From: an uncultured bacterium
GTDB lineage: Bacteria; Verrucomicrobiota; Verrucomicrobiia; Verrucomicrobiales; DEV007
Assembly (NCBI GenBank): GCA_963977015.1
Contig: CAXBMO010000001.1
Location: 1 to 64,000, forward strand
Length of the DNA: 64,000 bases
Direction of reading: 5' to 3'
Part shown: positions 58,432 to 64,000 of the stretch, one piece after another
How positions within the stretch are numbered: the first letter of the stretch is position 1
How the letters are laid out: the number at the start of each line of letters is the position of its first letter
Notes under the pieces: model-generated
The model's database searches: none
The model's input: the letters and a program-made list of their open reading frames with translations, nothing else
What the model was told of the DNA's origin: nothing
Made by a program: the position numbers and the translations under genes

Positions 58432-59003
58432 CCAAAATCCTCGCCTTTGCAGGCAGTGCCCGGAAAGATTCCTTCAACAAAAAGCTCGCTGTGATTGGGG
58501 CGGACAAGGCCCGTAGTTTTGGGGCTGAGGTGACATTGATCGATCTCGCGGATTACCCGATGCCAATTTACAATGGTGATTTGGAAGAAACGGACGGGAT
58601 GCCGGAAAATGCGCTGGAGCTTCATGGAATGATGATGCAGCACGACGCGCTGATGCTGGCGTGTCCGGAGTACAATGGCTCGATCACTCCGTTGCTGAAA
58701 AACACGATCGACTGGATTTCGCGACCGACGGAAGACGCGGGGCCGGTTGCGGCGTTCAAAGGAAAGATTGCGGGGTTGATGAGCGCTTCTCCAGGGGCGT
58801 TGGGCGGAATGCGCGGACTCGTCCATGTGAGGGCAATTTTGAGTGGAATTGGCGTTCTCGTGGTTCCCGGAGACGTGTCGGTGGGAAATGCCTATGACGT
58901 TTTTGACGAGGATGGGAGTTTGAAAGACGACAAGCTTGAGGCGCGGCTCTCGAATTCCGTGAAGAGTCTGGTTGAAACGGCTTCACGCCTGGGGAGCGAC
59001 TAA
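58428..59003 (+). CDS. NAD(P)H-dependent FMN reductase
   Basis: GSARKDSFN, PEYNGS...LKN.IDW.SR, SASPG..GG.RG; ATGA overlap with sufE. Confidence 0.92.
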   Translation: MTKILAFAGSARKDSFNKKLAVIGADKARSFGAEVTLIDLADYPMPIYNGDLEETDGMPENALELHGMMMQHDALMLACPEYNGSITPLLKNTIDWISRPTEDAGPVAAFKGKIAGLMSASPGALGGMRGLVHVRAILSGIGVLVVPGDVSVGNAYDVFDEDGSLKDDKLEARLSNSVKSLVETASRLGSD

Positions 59004-59107
59004 AAATGATGACGGACGTCATTTTCAAACCCACCCTAAATGGCGACGCCGGTTGAGGGTGGTAGTGGACTTTACGGTCGGAATGGGCGAGAATAACGCG
59101 TAAACTC

Positions 59108-59560
59108 ATGCGTCCAACCTCCCCCATGATCAGGATCGCCCCATTCTTAGCAATTGCACTCACCCAGCTGTTCGCGATGAGCGTTGTCTCGGCCGACGTT
59201 TCCGCGTTGGGATACTGGGAATTCGATACCGATCGCCGCGAAGTCTACATCGATTCCGTCAAGGCTTCGCAGATCGACACGACCAGTATGTCGGAAATCG
59301 CAGCCCAGATGGGGATGGCGAAAATCCAGAATTCCATCTACGAATTTGGTTTCGACAAGGAAGGCCCCTATCTGGAGATCAAAGATAAGGCCAGCAATCG
59401 TTGGGAAATGATTCGCCTCAAGGTGGAGGTAGTCGATGGGAAGCTGGCGATGAAGAAACTGGAGAGTGGAGATCGCTTGCGAATGGAGCCCATTGACAAC
59501 GATCACATGACCTTGATTGACGAAGGCAAAAAGCTGAAAATCCCACTCCGCCGGATTTAG
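59108..59560 (+). CDS. Secreted hypothetical protein
   Basis: Signal peptide and G.W.F motif near the mature N-terminus; start 59108 or 59126. Confidence 0.65.
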   Translation: MRPTSPMIRIAPFLAIALTQLFAMSVVSADVSALGYWEFDTDRREVYIDSVKASQIDTTSMSEIAAQMGMAKIQNSIYEFGFDKEGPYLEIKDKASNRWEMIRLKVEVVDGKLAMKKLESGDRLRMEPIDNDHMTLIDEGKKLKIPLRRI

Positions 59561-59575
59561 AGCTAAAGTTGTTCT

Positions 59576-60253
59576 CTAGGATTTGACGGATCGGACCATG
59601 CCGAGCAGGCCTCTCAACATGAGGAGAAGGAAGACGAGGGCGACCAAAAGTCCCACGATATAGAGACACCATTTGAGGATCGTCATCCCGCGCAACCACT
59701 CTCGCAAGGGCAGGTGTTTCCAGCGAAGCTTCTTTGCGTCCTCAGCCACGAAAACGAGTTTCGTTTCCGGGTTGTTGAACATCGACTGGTAGATTGCTGC
59801 GTCGCTCCCTGCGGCAGAGATTTCGCGAATCACGGTTTCACCCACTCCCTCCGTACCGAGGTTGAAACTGCTGATGACGCCGCGTCCCGAACCACCTGGG
59901 CTGTAGCGTACGATATCAGCGCCTCCGTTTCGTTTTTTGATGGCTGAGGCCTTCTGATGAAATTCGATTGGAGCTCCAGTGGTCAGCTCGTCGATCCGCT
60001 CATAACCTCCACCGGGAAGGGAGCGGTAGAGAACCCAGATGTTACCCTGGCGGCCATTGACGGTGTTGTTGTAGGTAAGCAGAATCTCGGGAACGCCATC
60101 GGCATTGAGATCGGGTTCCGTTTTGATGACGTCCTTGGGATCTTGAACATCGAAGTTCAGCAGGAAATCCCGCATCGGATTCGAAATCGGATTTGCCGAG
60201 GCGACTGCGATCTGACCTAGAAACAATGCGGCGATGATGATGGGAATTTGCAT
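59576..60253 (-). CDS. Secreted protein with C-terminal membrane anchor and DxNxDG Ca-binding-like loop
   Basis: Signal peptide; DLNADGVPEIL; hydrophobic C-terminal helix; starts 3 nt after the upstream stop. Confidence 0.7.
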   Translation of the reverse strand: MQIPIIIAALFLGQIAVASANPISNPMRDFLLNFDVQDPKDVIKTEPDLNADGVPEILLTYNNTVNGRQGNIWVLYRSLPGGGYERIDELTTGAPIEFHQKASAIKKRNGGADIVRYSPGGSGRGVISSFNLGTEGVGETVIREISAAGSDAAIYQSMFNNPETKLVFVAEDAKKLRWKHLPLREWLRGMTILKWCLYIVGLLVALVFLLLMLRGLLGMVRSVKS

Positions 60254-60256
60254 CAG

Positions 60257-61723
60257 TTACTCCTCAATGGGCATATCACCTTCTATCTCGTGATGAACCA
60301 CCTTGTAGACATAGTTGTTTCGGTTCTTGATAAACTTCCACCGTTTCCCACTGGGGTTGCCTGGATAGAACTGCCAACAGCTTCGGTAGTAGGACCAGGT
60401 GTTGTAGCGGTTCTTGAGTTTGCGAACCACCGCAGCGCCATTGTAGAGTTGCATGATGCTGGCCTCTTCCCCGGTTAATGTGGTTTTACAGCCCGGAGGT
60501 TTATAGGTCTTTGGTGGTGCTTCCCACTTGGTTGGATAGGTCTTCTTGATTGCGTCGAAGTACTTCTTCGTGTCCTTCTTTGCGGTTTTCAGTTCTTCCA
60601 AGCCTGCCTTGATGTTGACCCGCCAGTCCCAGACTTCTTCGGTGGTGACTTCTTCCCCTCTTGCGGAATCAATCTGGAAGATGCCCCAACCATCCGGTGG
60701 ACCGAAGTTTGGTTCGAACGCAATGTTGCCGGAACTGTTGAACTGGTTAAAGACACGCTTGTTCTGGCGGCTTTCGTGTTGGGAAATGGCCCAGGCAAAC
60801 CAGAACGTCTCGCCCTGAGTTTTCTTGATGTAGGCTTTGGCGCTTTCGTCGCGAGGGTTCCGGCACTTGATCTGGAAGGGGCGCGATCCGGCGTGGATAT
60901 AGTCTCCATTGTCGTCCTGAATCTTGAAACTCAACTTTGCCTCCCCGCCGAAATAGCGTTCATGATAAGTGGCGTAGGCCTTCCAGGCTTCGTCTCCCGC
61001 GACGTCCAGCCAACCCTTTTCCGGAAACTGGATCTTGTCGCGATCGCCGCGGCGGCCATAGCGACTTTGCATGAGCCAGTGCACGGTGTATTCCGTCGGC
61101 AAGCCTTCGATTCTGGCTTCGAGCCGGGGCATGATGGGGAGGTCAAATGAGTCGGCCTGATAGTGGGTCAGCCACGCCGTGTCGCCGTCCCCAATCGTGT
61201 CGTCGTCTCCGGGACTAGTCAGATCGCGAAGGTCGACCAACTGGATGTCGGCGCACCGAATCTGGAACGGAGCGGTGGATCCGCGCTCTGCGTCGGTCGA
61301 ATCGACCTCGGCAAAGAGCTCGACGGGATGATCCGAAGTTCGCTGATGGGAAACCTCAAAGGCGAGTTTCCCCTGATGCTGTCCCAGACCAAAATAGTTC
61401 GCATAGTACCATTTGTCGGGACTGACACTCAGACGGCGGCGGCTTCCGGCATGAAGCGCTACCACATTGACCGGCGTTGTTTGGTCCGCGTTGCCGTCGG
61501 CGGCCTGACGGGCAACAAAGCGCATTTGCACGCCTTTCCAGACGGCGGATTCGCTCGGGTGAGCGACAACCTGGACTTCGGCGGTAGCTGATTGACCGGG
61601 AAAGAGGAGCACGCTCGGCTCATCGAGATCGAAACTAATACTGAGCGAAACGGATTTCTCTTGTGCGGAGACAAGGGCCGTTAACGCGAGGGAAATGAGC
61701 CAAACGGAGAGGATTCTGGACAT
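60257..61723 (-). CDS. Secreted protein with C-terminal lysozyme/transglycosylase-like domain
   Basis: Signal peptide from ATG 61723; AISQHES, GWGIFQI, W.W..NI.AG, YNG motif series as in SLT-like folds. Confidence 0.65.
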   Translation of the reverse strand: MSRILSVWLISLALTALVSAQEKSVSLSISFDLDEPSVLLFPGQSATAEVQVVAHPSESAVWKGVQMRFVARQAADGNADQTTPVNVVALHAGSRRRLSVSPDKWYYANYFGLGQHQGKLAFEVSHQRTSDHPVELFAEVDSTDAERGSTAPFQIRCADIQLVDLRDLTSPGDDDTIGDGDTAWLTHYQADSFDLPIMPRLEARIEGLPTEYTVHWLMQSRYGRRGDRDKIQFPEKGWLDVAGDEAWKAYATYHERYFGGEAKLSFKIQDDNGDYIHAGSRPFQIKCRNPRDESAKAYIKKTQGETFWFAWAISQHESRQNKRVFNQFNSSGNIAFEPNFGPPDGWGIFQIDSARGEEVTTEEVWDWRVNIKAGLEELKTAKKDTKKYFDAIKKTYPTKWEAPPKTYKPPGCKTTLTGEEASIMQLYNGAAVVRKLKNRYNTWSYYRSCWQFYPGNPSGKRWKFIKNRNNYVYKVVHHEIEGDMPIEE

Positions 61724-61801
61724 CGAACGGGGGAGCCGCGGATGGGCGTTCGCTGAACTCAAGGTGAGCAGAATTTTCGCGAACAATCCAGATTGGTTTG
61801 C

Positions 61802-61843
61802 AAAAAAAGAACCGCTTGGCATTTCGCATGCCAAAAGCGGTTC
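61802..61843 (-). terminator. Hairpin with U-tract: probable terminator of the DUF1232 gene; also contains a sigma-54-like element
   Basis: GAACCGCTTGGCAT-ttcgc-ATGCCAA(AA)GCGGTTC preceded by A7. Confidence 0.5.
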
Positions 61844-61878
61844 GAGATTCATCCTAAGAGAGTCGCCAATCTTGGGAA

Positions 61879-62172
61879 TTAGTTGTCAACGACCTTTCCT
61901 TTGACGGTTTTTTCGGTCGTGGTTTCCTGGGTAGTTCTGGCTTGCTCCCCTTTGTCAAAGAGCGATTTGAGCTTGCCGACCGGGATTCCCAGATAGTTGA
62001 GGCAGGCGAGGAAAATGCCCGCAGCAGCGGCTTCATCGAGCCAGCCGAGAACCGGAACAACATCGGTGGGATCGGGAACAAAGATCCAAGCTAGTGATAG
62101 GAGGCCAACGAAGCTAACCGCCACTTTCTTGACGAGCGGTTTGGGTTCCTGGCTTTCGGGGGAGTCTGTCAT
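61879..62172 (-). CDS. DUF1232 (YkvA-like) small membrane protein
   Basis: PDP.D.VPVLGWLDE motif; ATG 62172. Confidence 0.8.
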   Translation of the reverse strand: MTDSPESQEPKPLVKKVAVSFVGLLSLAWIFVPDPTDVVPVLGWLDEAAAAGIFLACLNYLGIPVGKLKSLFDKGEQARTTQETTTEKTVKGKVVDN

Positions 62173-62290
62173 GGTGAAACTGGGATAAGGTGAGGGATAA
62201 AGATAGGATCGGCCCATTTCTGAATCAGGCCAAGCCATTTCTTTGGTTGATGTGGTCCGGTTCAACGGACGAATTTTGCCCCGGAACCAT

Positions 62291-63616
62291 TCAGTCCCCA
62301 GCCATCAGAGCCTCAATGTCGTCCGCTTCGATCGGCACGTTTTCGAGCAGGTCCACGTTCCCCCCGGAGGTGACGACGACATCGTTTTCCAGTCGAATTC
62401 CAAAACCTTCCTCAGGCAGATAGATTCCCGGCTCAATCGTGTAAACCGCACCATCTAGCACGATGCGATTGGCGGGCGTCACATCATGAACGTCGAGACC
62501 CAGGCTGTGTGAGGTGCCGTGCATGAAGTACTTTCGATAGGAGCGGTTTTCCTCTTTCATTTCCTCTTCCGTGCCGTCCTTGGCCCGTTCCTCCGCCACG
62601 TTGGCTGGATCGAGCAGGTCCAAGCTCAGCAACTCCGCCTCCATGCTTTTGCCGACTTCCTTCTGGTAGGCTTTGATCTCGACGCCGGGTTTCAGAAGTT
62701 CCGCGCGGCAGGCTTTGAAGACGTTCAGCACCGCATTGTAGACCGCGCGTTGGCGATCGGTGAATTTCCCGTTCACGGGGATCGTTCGGGTTAAGTCTGC
62801 GTTGTAGTGCGCATACTCCGCCGCGACATCGAGCAACAGCAAATCGCCGTCCTGGCAGGTGTCGTTGTTGTCGAGGTAGTGCAGGACACAGGCGTTCCCA
62901 CCGGATGCAATGATGGGATTGTAGGCAAAGCCGCGCGAGCCATGTTGCATGAACTCATGGATGAATTCCGCTTCGATTTCGTATTCCTTCACCCCGGGTT
63001 TGAGAAAGTGACAGACCCGGCGGAAGCCCTTTTCGGTGATGTCGCACGCCTTGCGGAGAAGCTGGATCTCCGTCTCTGATTTTGCGGCGCGGAGAGGGTA
63101 GGTGAGGGGAGCCAGACGCTCGTAGCGATGCTGCGGATACCTGGTTTGGCAGTGTTGGCGAAAGCGTTCTTCCCGGGTTTCGACCTCGCTGGCATTTCGA
63201 GGATGCTCATTGGCGTTGAGGTAGAGCGTTTTCCAATGCTTCATGCAGCGGCGAAACTGGCTTTCGAAGCGATCCGACCACATGACGTTCGTGATGCCCG
63301 AAACGGCGGTGGCGTCCTCGGCGGTCAGTTTGTTGCCTTCCCAAATCCGAATGAGGTCGGAGGTTTCCCGAACGAACAACATCTCCCGATCCGCGGGATC
63401 CGTGGCGTGGGGATTGAGAATCAGGGTGGTTTCCTCCTGATCGACGCCGGTCAGCCAAAACAGATCGCTGCTTTGGTAAAACCGCATCGATCCATCAGCG
63501 CTTTGCGGCATGATGTCGTTGGAATGAATCACGGCGAAACTACCGGGTTTGAGCTTGGCAGCGAGTTTCGCCCGGTTTTCGACGAAGAGCTGGGAATCGA
63601 TGGGATCGTAACGCAT
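62291..63616 (-). CDS. pepP: Xaa-Pro aminopeptidase (M24B)
   Basis: KS..EI..., VLHY, D......ADLTRT, HG.SH.LGLDVHD, TIEPGIY, GIRLE.D. Confidence 0.93.
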   Translation of the reverse strand: MRYDPIDSQLFVENRAKLAAKLKPGSFAVIHSNDIMPQSADGSMRFYQSSDLFWLTGVDQEETTLILNPHATDPADREMLFVRETSDLIRIWEGNKLTAEDATAVSGITNVMWSDRFESQFRRCMKHWKTLYLNANEHPRNASEVETREERFRQHCQTRYPQHRYERLAPLTYPLRAAKSETEIQLLRKACDITEKGFRRVCHFLKPGVKEYEIEAEFIHEFMQHGSRGFAYNPIIASGGNACVLHYLDNNDTCQDGDLLLLDVAAEYAHYNADLTRTIPVNGKFTDRQRAVYNAVLNVFKACRAELLKPGVEIKAYQKEVGKSMEAELLSLDLLDPANVAEERAKDGTEEEMKEENRSYRKYFMHGTSHSLGLDVHDVTPANRIVLDGAVYTIEPGIYLPEEGFGIRLENDVVVTSGGNVDLLENVPIEADDIEALMAGD

Positions 63617-63686
63617 GGGTTTGGCGGAAAGCTCACCGCTACCTCACAATTGCAAAGCTGTAAATCCGGCACAAGCTCTCCGACCT

Positions 63687-64000
63687 ATGCGAAACATCGC
63701 CGACTGCCATTTGTATGGAATTCTGGACCTTGGATATGTGGATGAATCCCGTTTGCCATCCGTGTTGAGCGAGATGCTGGAAGGAGGCGTTGACGTGGTT
63801 CAACTTCGGGCCAAAAACGCGACGGAATCGAAAATCGAGGCCTTGGCCGCGGAGTTGCTGCCCCTTTGTCGCCGCGCTGAAGTTCCGTTTATCATCAACG
63901 ACTTTCCGGGAATCGCGGCGAAGGTGGGGGTGGATGGCGTTCACGTCGGGCAGGATGATCAACCGATCTCTGAAGTCCGGGAAATCGTCGGTGAAGAAAT
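63687..64000 (+). CDS. thiE: Thiamine-phosphate synthase, 5' part; runs off the window
   Basis: Manual translation MRNIADCHLYGILD...GGVDVVQLRAK...FIINDF...DGVHVGQDD; not in the ORF track. Confidence 0.92.
   Translation, partial: MRNIADCHLYGILDLGYVDESRLPSVLSEMLEGGVDVVQLRAKNATESKIEALAAELLPLCRRAEVPFIINDFPGIAAKVGVDGVHVGQDDQPISEVREIVGEE

Noticed and set aside
59002-59062. Two adjacent hairpins after the FMN reductase gene as a possible ncRNA
   Set aside because: Short imperfect stems with no family resemblance; most simply a weak terminator region.
1-64000. CRISPR arrays, tRNA/rRNA genes, prophage
   Set aside because: No repeat-spacer periodicity, cloverleaf or rRNA-like segments, or phage genes seen; intergenic gaps are all under about 360 bp.

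Overview
Gene-dense bacterial chromosomal segment, moderately GC-rich (roughly 55-60% by eye). Gene content points to PVC-superphylum, most likely Verrucomicrobiota (inference): three DUF1501 genes, a DUF1549/DUF1553 gene, a PPC-domain protein, two PQQ-like propellers, a heme-bearing sorbosone-dehydrogenase-like protein and a Tat oxidoreductase. About 46 CDSs are supported, including lysC, carA, selA, dgt, sufE, pepP, a Do/HtrA protease, an alpha-2-macroglobulin and a partial thiE. No rRNA, tRNA or CRISPR array was seen. Main observations: (1) a sharp, local G+T/C+A strand-skew switch at about 56.1-56.2 kb, centred on an AT-rich tract plus a REP-like hairpin and independent of coding strand; (2) two tandem DUF1501/PPC/DUF1549-1553 operons with strong terminators and high-expression-like codon usage; (3) an ECF-type promoter motif (GTAACCCATTT-N12-GTCT) with identical spacing upstream of an ECF sigma operon and of a lipoprotein operon 24 kb away; (4) a secreted lysozyme-fold protein with a membrane-anchored partner; (5) an IS3-like end cutting a low-GC secreted-protein gene at the left edge. 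All family calls come from motif recognition by eye, not database searches.
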